Part shown: piece by piece, positions 10,745 through 22,474 of the stretch
How the letters are laid out: the number at the start of each line of letters is the position of its first letter
Numbering within the stretch: the first letter of the stretch is position 1
Assembly (NCBI RefSeq): GCF_964204865.1
Contig: NC_135260.1
Location: forward strand, 8,308,001-8,372,000
DNA: 64,000 nucleotides
DNA from: Styela clava
Lineage: Eukaryota
Reading direction: 5' to 3'
Translations under genes and position numbers: made by a program
The notes under the pieces: model-generated
The model's input: the letters and a program-made list of their open reading frames with translations, nothing else
Database searches by the model: none
What the model was told of the DNA's origin: nothing

Positions 10745-13700
10745 CAGTGGCGGCGCGTGGTCATTTTGACAACCGGGGCAAGCTACTGCGGGACCAAGTC
10801 ACCCCCATCTACGGGGACAGGATGAGCGCTGTAAGTTCTCCCATCATTTTATGAGTATAAAAACCATTCCATCGGTAACAACCAATCGGCAAGAGCGACA
10901 ATTTTTAACGATAAGAAAGTGTCTTTAAAACCGGTCCAAGTCAAGGGATTAATAAATATAGACATAGTTTATTTTGAAACCTCTTTCAAAAGGAAAGGCA
11001 ATATTTACCCAGATAAATACAATGACATATTAACAGAAACTTCGGGAAAGCAGACAAAACCTAAAATAAGGTTTAAAACGTTACTATGAAGAAAGGAAAG
11101 GTAATGCAAAGATAAGGACATGCGTCGCTCACTCATAGATATAATGCTGCTAGACTTCTACTGCTTGAATATATATGCAACACTCCGCGGTTTCTTGGAA
11201 GCAAAATGCTCAATAACGCGCTTATTAAAGTCATGCATCCCAGAAATAACGTCTCTGTGAATGGATAAAACAGCCAAGGAATTTAATCTATCTTGCTTCA
11301 TTGTGTTTCTGAGATACGTTTTAATACGCTTCAGCGTGCTGAATGTTCGCTCTGCGTCGGCGGAAGAAATAGGCGTCGTCAAAATGATGTCCAGAAATTT
11401 TGCAGACGCCGCAAAGGTAGTTACTAGAGTGTTATCTATGAGGAACCCATAGAGCGCGCCAGTTGATGTGATGTTCAAAAAAGTTTGATTGGTGTATATA
11501 CATCGCGATTCATTTTCCAATTTACCCACGTTTATCATGGGGTAAAATTTGGAGACAGTACCCAACAAATGGATGGCAAATTGACGTGCAAATTTTGAAA
11601 AATTTTTGGGGTTCATCAAAGAGAACGCGGCAAGGTGTTCAGTGCGCAGACGATCGCCTATTTGATTCACCAGAATGTCACAGCATTCCTTTGCAGACAA
11701 AATCAAACGCTGCGTTGTTTGCCCGCGGCGTAAAGAAGCACTCCATGTGTCGTCGTATTTTATTGTTTCCCGGATACGAGATACAGCATCGCAGAAGTCT
11801 GAAATACACGACTGCACAGACGCTCCATCCATTAGCCTTGACTGCAATGCGCCGTATAATACATCCACGTGATAGAATATTGTGGAGAAAAAAACGAGAA
11901 AAAATGAAAACTCACCATCTTCTAGCAGACGCTTTAGACCTGCCGCCTCCCTCACAGAGCGTTCGTCCCAAACCAGAGAGCTCTGAATGCCACTGAAACA
12001 CTCAATGAGCTCAGACCTAATTTCGGACACGCCCTGCACCACGCGTAATTGGAAGTTCCAACGTGTTGGTGCACAAGCTGGGAGACGGCGGCTACATATC
12101 TGCGAAGGAGGTCAGAGCGCTTCGGCGAAACGGAAAAAAATGAAGAAAACCCCGAAACATTTGCAAAAAATATACGGACGAGAGGGGTATCAAGACACAT
12201 ATTTTCAATAACGAAGTTAAATTGGTGTGCATAACATTGTAAAAAATGCGCATGAGGAAAATCTTATATAAACTTGAACACCATGTTTCGACCCACTCAT
12301 GACTGCCGCGCCGTCATAAGTTTGAGCTATCAATTTTGACTTCGCGTTGTAAGGCTGTAACACTTCTTTCAGTAAAGCCGATATCCCGCAAGCCGTGCGA
12401 TCAACGATTGGTACAAAGCTGTGAAATCTCTCGGTAGGTTTACCATCTTTCACAAACCGAAAAATCACAGCCAGTTGGGAAACGCACGTGATGTCAGTTG
12501 TCTCGTCAGACTGAATCGAAAAGAACTGGCAATTCTCAAATTCCAGAGCCAAATGTTGTAAATAAATTTTATAAATTGAGTCGAGCAAATCATTTTGGAT
12601 ATCCTTAGATGTCCCTTTCGAAACAGTTGCGGCATCAAGATGATCTCTCAATACTGTATCTAGGGATGCGGTGTATTCCACCATATCCAAAAATACCCCT
12701 CTATTATAAGAGCCAGCCCGTTCATCGTGCCCACGGAGGGACAGCTCGTGACAACCAATGAACTCCAAAACATCTATCAATCGACCGAGAACATGGCGGT
12801 TTTTCTCGACGTTTTGGTTGTGCCGACGAATAGAAACCGCGCGTCCTTCATCCAACCGTGCTGCAATATTACCATTTCCGAATGTTCGGTATTTTACTGC
12901 ATTGTCCAGATGCTCCATAGAAGATTGATGATCCCTGGCACGCTCGGAAAGATGTTTAAGATCTCTAAAACCAAATTTACACCAACGTGAGTCACGGGCA
13001 GTAGGAAAAAGTAGGCAATAAAAACAAAAAATGGGATTTTTGTCCTCGCTGTAACACAACCATTCGTGTTTTTTATACCAAGTTTCTGCGCAGAATGTAC
13101 GCCGACGCTTTCCTCCGTCATGGGATTGTTCCAGTGAACAATTTTTTGGTTGATAAGGCCTAAGACGTTGTACCTCTAATTTTTGTTCCAGCGGCAGCTG
13201 CGAAAACGGAGTGCGAACCTTATTCATTATGAGGTCTAAGGCTAAGAAATGCAAAGCCGGAAAGAAGTGAGGAGCTCAAAAGGAATGTGGAAAATCGAAA
13301 GCAAATGGACTAAAGGTCTCTAACTGATTCAAATAGCAAAACAAGCGACAAAAACGAAGGCGAGGAAACTATCAACTCTTCAAGCAACCAACGAACGAGA
13401 AGGAATGCCTGAATATGTCAACACGTTGTTGTAAGAAACGTCGGCATTGTGTCGTCATAATTTCGGGGCTAGTTCCGATCGGCCCCGATAATTTAGTAAA
13501 AGAAACAGAACACAAACGAGACAAACGCGGCGAGTGGAAGATAAAAGAGAGAATACGATATACAATGAGCAACCGGGGCAAAATCGGCGTCGCCCCGTCG
13601 ACGTTCGGCGCAGGCTTTGCGAGCGAAATATGAACCATGTCGGGAGAATATGGCTAGTGTAGACAGTCTGTGCAACCGATATTGAGTATTTTTCGAATAT

Positions 13701-13766
13701 TGTTTATTATACCGAAAAAACAACCGGGGCATTGCCCCGGTTGGCCCTATTGACGCGCCGCCACTG
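10745..13766 (-). mobile_element. Full-length hAT transposon (Tip100/ZMYM-like)
   Basis: Perfect 14-bp TIR CAGTGGCGGCGCGT/ACGCGCCGCCACTG; perfect TSD CTTTGAGG (10737-10744, 13767-13774); subterminal AACCGGGGCA repeats; encodes transposase. Confidence 0.95.
11158..13254 (-). pseudogene. hAT transposase (TTF-type Zn finger, DUF4371-like core, C-terminal dimerisation domain) split by two frameshifts
   Basis: ORFs 13254-12217, 12200-11952 and 12042-11158 join with shifts near 12265 and 12100. Motifs WLCYS..IFCFYC, LRGHDE, SDETTD, TYDGAA, CYAH, TRWN, AERTFSTLKRIKTYLRNTMKQDRLNSLAVLSIH. Confidence 0.92.
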
Positions 13767-13977
13767 CTTTGAGGTATTTTGAGGAAAGTATAGCGAGCAT
13801 AGCAAAATAGTTTGCTTGTAGTTCAGTCACCCAGCTTAACAGTGATCAGTTATCGTTTTGACAAATCAAATACAATCTCAGACACTGAATAATTAAGCAA
13901 AGTGAGATCCATTGTTAATAGAACGCAATTTACCAAGCGTTTTGACTCATTTCATTTTTAAAAATCATCGCTCAAAC

Positions 13978-15824
13978 AACAAGAGAGTGATGCCCGAATA
14001 TATGGACACAAAACGAAGTTTTACGGGTATGCAATCTATCACAGTAGAGTCCAGGGCTTCCCAAACTTTTGAGCTCGCGGCCCCTTTTAATATATTAAAA
14101 TTTTTCGTAGACCTTGTTCACGTTAATAAGGCTAAACAGTTCGAAATATGCCTTTTTAAAATATTATTGACACAGCTAATTCTCAACTTTTAGTAGGCCT
14201 ACTCACCTACTCACTAACAAAAACAAGCACGTATTTACTCAAATTAACATTACTCAATTATCCAGTGTAATGGGTGTGAATGCTTTTTGCTGCATAGCAA
14301 GTCCAGCCGTGGCTCAATGTTTGTTCATGCAGGCCTAAATGATAAATTACGATGTCTGGCCACAGGCCACCGACGGCATGGTTCTTATCTGGAATTGTTA
14401 CGTACTCTTATTCATCAAATTTAGCATAAGGCAGCGGTTTGTGCGACCCCAAATTATTAGGGACAAAACTCGCGGCGCACCTATACACGAAAAATACGCT
14501 GCCTCAAAATAAAACACAATTTTGTCATCGTTAATGTGTACTTTATGTTTTTCAGGTTTATAAACATGTAAACCTAATGAATAAAGGCAAAAGGTTAACT
14601 TTTATTTCTTATCCCTGCCTGGTTTTCTTTAAAATGCTAAAAAATCACTCATGTTCGATAATCTCGGTTCAGCAAATGAATAAACGGCAGCCTACGAAAT
14701 TGCAGCTCTTCTGTTAGGCAACAATTAAAAAAAGACTTGGCGATAGTGCAATTTTTTTTGACCTAGTCCCGTGGTTCTCATAGCGTCGTTGTTTCAATTT
14801 TGCTAGGGCGTCGCAAAATTTTGTGATTCGTGAACGTTTTCAAACAACCCATATCTTCTACTTTTACTGAAAAAGTAAGATCAGATAATATAGTTTAAAG
14901 TTAATAAAGGTTTAATAAAGATTATAAAGCTTAATTCTGAAAATTCGGGTTTCTGTAGATGAAGATTATTTTTTCTTGGTTCAAAAAGCGATGCGCACTC
15001 CCATGCATCCCCTTCGCGATTTCGTATTTATATAAAGCAGGGTTTTCTACCAGGGCCCATTAAATGTGATTTCACTGACTGTCGGTGAGTTTTGTTTGTT
15101 CGTTTATATTAAACTCATTGCAAAAAAGGGCTTTTATTGAAAGGCCTGAATACGTATTTTCACGGGAGCCGCAACTGGAGCATATTTTTGGAGGGCTTCA
15201 AAATGCAATGAAGTTCGAGAACCACCGAGTCTTATATATATAGTCTTATAGTCCATAGCAATAAATCTTTTCTACTTTTTAAATGGTTAATAATCATTAT
15301 GTAGCAGTTTTTTTTTTTTAAATTAAAACGTGCTATTTATAAGTAATGAAAATCGGTATTCATATTTGGCATAATAAAAAATCTCGTTATTCTCTACATC
15401 CTCCACAAATAAGCCCTAGTGTTATATTTGAAAGAAAATCGAAGACAGACACCGTCTTATTTTCGGGGAAAAACACGGTATGATGATGTATGTATTCACT
15501 CGTAATCGTGAAATTTTTGTTTCACACTATTTTTGATAATTGTATTTCAAATCAAGAGTCTGAATTGTGTAAATTTGGTGTTCTCTTTGCGGCCTCTAAA
15601 ATTCGTTTCGCGGCCCCTTCGAGGGCTGCGGCTCCTAGTTTGGGAAGCCCTGCAGTAGACTACCGGTAACACAGACTTCACTACTTCACCTGATCACCAA
15701 CGAGAACAAGGAACCACCACAATGTGCGCAATTTTTAATTTTAAAACGAATCCCACAGCGCCCACAGTATTTTTTGAAATAAATAATGGCATTCTAGCAA
15801 AATATACAAGCTCTACGACATAAT
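13978..15824 (-). mobile_element. Copy of dispersed HINE-like repeat (family B) interrupted by a hAT MITE
   Basis: 13978-14049 plus 15653-15810 align with 16117-16360 (AACAAGAGAGTGATGC..ATATATGGAC..CAGTAGACTACCGGTA..). Confidence 0.6.
14052..15652. mobile_element. hAT Buster/Charlie-type non-autonomous element (composite, possibly with nested MITE ends)
   Basis: TIR CAGGGCTTCCCAAACT / AGTTTGGGAAGCCCTG; imperfect TSD CAGTAGAG(tc)/CAGTAGAC; subterminal CGCGGCCCC repeats. Confidence 0.8.
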
Positions 15825-16115
15825 AACGAGAATATCGGTCAGAGACCGAAGACTTATCGATCGAAAGTTAGGGTTACCCCAAAACAGCGTGACACCTTGT
15901 GACCCACCACTAATTAATTGATAACTCGCTAATTATACGACATATTTCGCCCAAAATCAATAGACTTCTGGTACGAGATATGATGAATGCACATGCAAAA
16001 TCTGCAGCAGATCCAATCTCGCTTTTGTGCGATATCGCGTGCATCTAACAGACAGACAAACAGACAGACAGACAAATACTTATCAACATACTTACCGATT
16101 AAAATCGATAAGTAA
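15825..16115 (-). mobile_element. DINE-1/HINE-like Helentron-associated element (family A)
   Basis: On - strand: 5' TTACTTATCGAT..ATCGGTAAGTA inverted repeat, (GTCT/GTTT)n microsatellite, 3' subTIR ATCGATAAGT, hairpin TCGGTCTCTGACCGA, T-rich ends. Second copy at 38237-38545. Confidence 0.8.
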
Positions 16116-16116
16116 T

Positions 16117-16519
16117 AACACAAGAGAGTGATGCTCAAATATATGGACCACAAAATGATACTGGCATGCAATCTGCCACAGTAGACTACCGGTACCGTAT
16201 CGCAGCTCAGCAGCACATTTGAACTTACGCGAAAGTGGAACAACCACACGGAGCACAATTTTTAATTTTAATAACGTCATCGCACACAAAAAAACCAATT
16301 CCATAGAGGCCACAGAAAATCTTTGAAATAAACAAAAGAAATGGCTTTCTAGAGAAAAATACAAATTTTCAAACAGTGAAAATTTCAAGGCAATTGGTCC
16401 AGTTGTTAATGAGGAAGAGAAAATACTGACCAGGACATCAACAACAACAAAATAACAAAACGATTCCTGGGTTCATTCAAGTCCAAAAACGATCCATATG
16501 TACACTAGGTGTCCAATAA
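16117..16519 (-). mobile_element. HINE-like repeat (family B)
   Basis: On - strand: 5' TTATTGGACACCTAGTGTACATATGGA palindrome, 3' GTCCATAT subTIR, ending CTCTCTTGTGTT; homologous to 13978-15810. Confidence 0.6.
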
Positions 16520-17099
16520 GTTTTTGATATTCTTCATAGCCACATGCAAATGTCTTTGCTTTTTTGGACTCGAAGTGGCCATATTGATCGACTTACTTTA
16601 ATTTATGGAAATACCATCTTCATTTTGTCAGTCATGACGGCTATGGCTGTCCTCCGTTGCGAAATGTTGAGTTGTCCTACTTTGCGAATACTAGGTTCTG
16701 CGGTTGATTATTAGTCATTTGTATCCATGTACCGATTATTGAACATCGCTTGTATAGTATATACTAAAACGGTATAGTATAGTATATATGTATTATTATT
16801 ACAATCACTTCATGCTATGTAATTTAGTAATTTGTTATATCTTAATTGAAACACGCCATGAATACATTTTAGTAGGTATTTAAACATTAAAAAAAATTTC
16901 ACTTTCAGATGTCATATTTGTTCCATTGATTTTTTTTTATTTATGATGACATAAAAATGTTTGCAAACAAATTATTCTACCAAAATTCATATCAAAGAAA
17001 ACGTTTACAAATTAATATTTAACAAAGTATTTCGAGAAAACATTAATTAAATTAAATTCCACGACGTGTTAGCTATTTTTGGAAGCTTATCTGCGAGCG

Positions 17100-17440
17100 C
17101 TTCTATACATTTAATTATGAATTTTGGCAAATAACATTTGAGGTTATCATAAAAACGCTATCATAACTTTACTTGTTTTATTCCTATCTGCTGTAAGTTT
17201 AAATCAAGCAGCTACTGATGCAAAATTTCTGGCTTATTGAATTTGAAAGTTTTGAAAAATTTTCCCAGTGACTTTTATGCAGTTTCGACGTTACTTTAGT
17301 TTTAAAATAGAGAAACGATAGCCCGGGAATTTTGCACCAGTAGCTACTTAATTTGAACTGACAGAAAATAGGAATAAAACTAGTAAAGTTATGATAACGT
17401 CAATATAATTGTTTCCAAACTCGATCGATGATGTAGTATG
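17100..17440. repeat. Imperfect long inverted repeat (foldback/MITE remnant)
   Basis: Arm ~17153-17238 (TATCATAACTTTACTTGTTTTATTCCTAT...AGCTACTGATGCAAAATT) mirrors ~17318-17400 (AATTTTGCACCAGTAGCT...ATAGGAATAAAACTAGTAAAGTTATGATA). Confidence 0.7.
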
Positions 17441-17936
17441 CACATAAAACGTCACAAATAGTTTCGGGTGTTTTTTGAATACCACAACGCCAATGCAGAA
17501 GGTGCTAAAATTTCTTTTGTTTGAATAAGGATACTTCTTCATTGCAAGCAATTAAAGTGTTTGCTTAGTCCATTACAATACAGAGTTCTTAATTATCGTC
17601 GTTAGTTGCCAAAACAAACATTGCGCAGAAGCGCATAATCCATGCCGTAATTATCCAAACATTTGTGACGTAATATATATTCTGTTGTGTAATCAGTGAC
17701 GACGTTATCTTCGTATTGCATTTCTAAAAATAAAGTTTACACTCCAAGCTTATTTACTTATCATTTGATATATTAGAGTAGGGAGTTTTACTTCAAAACC
17801 CTAAACAAACACGCGATAATAAGCTATCTGAATAAAATACAGCTATATTCCGAGTTTCGTGCAAACAACAAACTTTAGCATGATTATGAATAGAGATGAC
17901 ATCCGCAATTAACAGGGCACAAAAAAGATTCTGGAT

Positions 17937-17983
17937 GGAAATACCCAGTGCCAAATTTTTCCGTCAAATGGGGTATATATATA
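17937..17983 (+). promoter_or_regulatory. Putative promoter of IL-17-like gene: kB-like site and TATA box
   Basis: GGAAATACCC (17937-17946, reverse complement GGGTATTTCC), AAATTTTTCC (17953-17962), TATATATATA (17974-17983), about 100 bp before the ATG at 18081. Motif match only. Confidence 0.4.
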
Positions 17984-18080
17984 CAATCGAAGTGCAATGG
18001 ATATCCACACACCTCACAGATCAAGAAATATATTTGACAACAAAAACAGTATCACTTGATATCAAGATCCTGAAACAAAG

Positions 18081-20050
18081 ATGAATCCTAAGCAATGCCA
18101 AAAGGTAAGATTAGATAATTTTGATGTGTCGAATTATATTGATAATTTGTTTTTTTGCTTGATTTGATGCATTACTGTGTAGCAAATTTATTTTCCAAAC
18201 ATTCAACTACTGTTTTTGGTTAATCTTTCGCTGATTTAGCTAAATTACCTGCAAAATTATCGAATTCTGGGCCCCAAATTTATCCATTTTTACATCAAAC
18301 GAATCTAGTTTCCAACAACTACTGAAGCGTGCCATTAGACTATATGGAAAAGCAAAAAAGACCTGCGAGTGAATGAAAATGGGAGTTTTTTTTTCACATG
18401 AAAAGGGAGACGATTGCAACTTTTATAGTACTTATATTTTTCATACTTGTGATTTGATAACGACGTCGCATTGCTGTACGAAATCATATTGAAGAAGGGG
18501 CCATGTCCAAATTTGGAAGAGCAACGTAAATTAAACTATAAACTCGAGAAACGTGTTTAAAATTCTCTTATCAATAAATAATTCAATTGAAGAATCATTA
18601 ATTACTGTATAGTTATGCGGATGAATATCCATGAAAAGTATTTTTTTTAAACTTCGAATTTTGCAAAACATTTCAAATATCTGATAAAGTCGTATATTTT
18701 CAGATCATGTTTGCTCTCATAATTGCAATGTTATTCATTGACAATGCCAGAGGAAAACCCAAGATGTGAGTAAATTTATATGCTTTAGTTCAAACAACTT
18801 TTTGTACACATTGGGTGTCTATACAATAAAAGCGTAACGATACTGTGTTTTTCCGTAAAGCAACTAGCGACGTAGTTGATGCGCTGTTGTGGTGTGTAAA
18901 TCCCGAGTTTTTACTTTCGATTTCGGCCCTTTACATTACAGTTGGTAATCTTTATAAGATTTGATACCATTTCACTAGTTTTTGAAATAAAAAATGTTTA
19001 TATATGAATAAGCTCACGAGTCAGATTGCTGAATGATTCTCTTTTCAAAATAGTAACACTTAACTTTAAATGGAAGTTACAGATTGTTCGAAATATTTAA
19101 TGACTTGACTTCTAGCCTACTGTTTTGTAACTTGTAATACTTTATTATAGTCACCTCCCTGTTTATGAGTGTCTAGTATTAATTTAATATACGATTTTGT
19201 AAAGTTTCAAAGGAAAAAATTGGGAGGCAAAATATAAATGTGAAAAAAATGTAAGAATACGAAGAGATGGATTTGCAGCATACAATGAAACTACGTAAGT
19301 GAATGTCTATCAGTTTGAAAGTATTTAGAAATGAATATACTATTAGTTTGGAATATAAACTCATTTTCATACCATGAATAATTTTTGAATTTATAAAATT
19401 GATATGCTTTACAATAGACTCAGATGTGCAGGAAGCAAGATATCGCCTAACATGATCACCTATGTTGACAAATGTAAATTTTGTTGGAATCCACTGAAAA
19501 ATAGAGTGATGAATGATGATCGATACAAACCGGTTCCTATTACAACAGTGATTGAATTTATTCCAACTGATGCTGGAACTAGAAATAAGCAGTATACAGT
19601 TATCAAAGCTTGCACGTAAGTTGATTATTATGAAATTGATTGAGAGGATATAAAACATCTGAATTATTAATCAAGATTATAAGTCGTGGCAGCAGCATAT
19701 CTTTTTTTTGTAGGTTATTACAGTCCTTATACTTACACGCTATAAGTAAATGTTGAAAATTTGCAAACTTTCAAGAAGCCTATGTATTTAAAATGTAATA
19801 GTTTAAAGATGGACTCCATGGAATATATTTTTAGAATCCGGATGTTATGAGTCTTGAAGTTTACTTCCTTTTAAAATCGTTAAGGTATCCTAATTTAACA
19901 TTAGAGGTGTTCTACTTCATCGCCATTACAAAGCTTGGAGGTCATTAACACTTGCTCATATTTCTGTAAAACTTAATATACAGATGCTCAAGGAAGAAGA
20001 AAAGCATTGGAATAAGAAAGAAAAAAAGAGATGTCGGGATGAGGGATTAA
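18081..20050 (+). CDS. Small secreted IL-17-like cystine-knot protein, 116 aa, 4 exons
   Basis: Exons 18081-18104, 18704-18765, 19418-19615, 19984-20050, GT-AG with phases 0,2,2. Translation MNPKQCQKIMFALIIAMLFIDNARG-KPKILRCAGSKISPNMITYVDKCKFCWNPLKNRVMNDDRYKPVPITTVIEFIPTDAGTRNKQYTVIKACTCSRKKKSIGIRKKKRDVGMRD*. Signal peptide; CxxC...VPI...V..ACTC pattern as in IL-17 domains. Confidence 0.72.
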
Positions 20051-20871
20051 GTATAACTTATGACGAAAAAATCAGTCTTGAACACGGTCGAAAAAGAATT
20101 CGTATTTACGAATCTACTGTATACTCTATGATATATATAAATCTAGTTTTATTTGTAACTAGAAATTTATCTAATTTTATCCTGACAAAATTAAAACTGA
20201 ATGTGAAATATTATTATGTAACAAAATATTCATATCAGAGTTATCACATTTTTCGCCCGAGACTATTACACATTCTTTGAGATTTCTTTCATTACTTTTT
20301 TTATTGCTACATGTATATATTGAAATACAGCGTGTCAACTTTATCCGGAGTTAATATATAAACTTGTTGAGGATGGACCCTTTGCGAAAGTACTCGGTAA
20401 TAAAACATAACAACTCGAAAGATAGGTTGGAGAAATAGTCAATGTTGAGAGTATATAAGTCGCCGCTGCAAACCGATATTGCCCAAAGCGAGACTTTTAC
20501 GGTGTGGATCCAATGTTTCCCAATTGAGAAGCTAGAAACAGATGCACGGAAGAATTCTAGCGATATATAAAATCGGCTACTTGTGACGAAAACAGTATGC
20601 TCAAAGAAGTCTCGCATTCAATAAGAAAAGAGAAAATTGTTGATCGTTTTCATTCATCAGCGAAACACTATATATATAAGATGATACTATTCAATTTGTA
20701 AGATTTGTCTGTGATTGTCATTTCTTACTATTGCAGCTATAATACTAGGTCACTCTTAACAATATCTATGAAATATATGTTATGATTATATTTATTCTAA
20801 ATTAAATTTCGAAAAATAAAACTGCTAAAACACTGAGTCATATAATATATATATTGGCTGATGCCATAAAG

Positions 20872-21714
20872 CAGGGGTGACCAACCTACTTTCGGCCACA
20901 ATCGACTAAAATCTTTGAAACAGCTCGCGATCGACTGATCGGTAATAAGGTCCAAAAACGAATTAGTACTGAATATGCAGATAACTGCACACATGCATAC
21001 AAAAGATTCCGCCGCTGTCAATCAAGAAGACTTCGTGAGCGCATTTTTAATAAAATTGACGCCAAATTTGTATTTTTATGCTTCATTTAAGCGTTTGATT
21101 TGATTATTTAATTGTACCCGGAGTAAATGTTTCATCATTTATTTAAGATTTATTCAAATCATACATTTCAGATATAAAGCGTCCCTAATTTTTATTCGTA
21201 AGTGTTGAAAATTCGTCAAAAAACTTTGCCATTCATCCATTATCTAAATAGCGAGAATAAATATTTTCAAACCACGAATGTTACATGACTGCTCAAACTT
21301 CAGTATCTAATATACAATTTCCTCCAAGCGCGATTCTTCGCTTGCTTGGAATTTGAAAAAAATTGGGCATTTTGATGCCACTGCTTAGATTGTGAATGCA
21401 TTAATCTATTATTGGATTGAGACAATAACTTTTTAAGTTATTGTAGGATCGATCGTTCGTCAGTCCAGGCAGGCACTTCATTTTTAAACCTTGGCAGCGG
21501 CGAAACTTGCATTTGTTAAGTAACAATATGCTCTATCGCGCTTGCACAGACTCAAATACACTGTACTTGTATTTTGCCCATGTCCAGTAATGTATTCTCA
21601 ATGTTCTAAAACACACAACTGGTTCAAGGCATTTTTGGGGGTATTTTATCAAATATCATCAGCATCAACTGCTCGTGAGTCGTGACGTTGCGATCGACGT
21701 GTTGGCCACCCCTG
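20872..21714. mobile_element. hAT Buster/Charlie-type MITE
   Basis: CAGGGGTGACCAAC...GTTGGCCACCCCTG; TSD CCATAAAG/CCATGAGG; partial inverted copy at ~39085-39311. Confidence 0.82.
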
Positions 21715-22474
21715 CCATGAGGCGTAAGCGTAACCACTAGTAGTTTCCTGAGGTCGGTTGAGCCATTCGCTCACTGAAATAAGTCCACTTATGGTAATTT
21801 ATTCCTCTCCCCACCACTTGCCTCCACAAATTCAAGCTCGGCAATGGTCTTGCAACTCAACATATTATACTATATTATATACATATATATATCAGTTTTA
21901 TACCGGTCGCCTACATTATCCCAAGTTTAATTTGCAGTATTTGGCACATGTCACCAAAAATATAATTGTAATAATAATCTTTGAGTTTTTTTTGCCATAT
22001 TTCAACGTCATTCCGGTCGATAGTACAAGGCGAGCGGTACCTATAATTCAATTTTTATTTTCATGTCCAGAATCCATTGCCAAGTTAGCCAGCACTTCGC
22101 AGCAATTTTATTTTGGTTATTTTGGTTTATCTGTGTGCCTTTCGCCTAACAGGTTGGTCGTGACTTTATACACTTTAATTGAAATTGAACTAAAACTTGA
22201 ATATTATTGTAGCGCTTGATCCTCAAAACAGCAGCTGTTATTTATTGGATACAAGAAAGCTGGTTAAAATAGCCATGTTTTTCCGCAATTATGCAGACGT
22301 ACCTCTGTTTGTAACAAGTTGAGTTTTCTATTATTGTTGGTTTTACTCTGGAAACCTTGACAGGAAAAGCAACTTGCTCGTTGCAAAATCTAATAATTAA
22401 CAAAAATAAAATATTCAAATGCCGTTTTTCTATGCCGTCATTTTCATGATTAGTGTACCGAATGCAGTAAGAAA

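Noticed and set aside
11261-13732. Multiple antisense or alternative-frame ORFs within the hAT element
   Set aside because: Shadow ORFs of the GC-richer transposase and subterminal region; no independent motifs.
19984-20280. 98-aa ORF MLKEEEKHW...
   Set aside because: Its ATG lies directly after a splice acceptor; the phase-consistent frame is the terminal exon of the IL-17-like gene.
20331-20620. Coding-looking stretch after an AG (CQLYPELIYKLVEDGPFAK...)
   Set aside because: Frequent stops in all + frames and no recognisable family.
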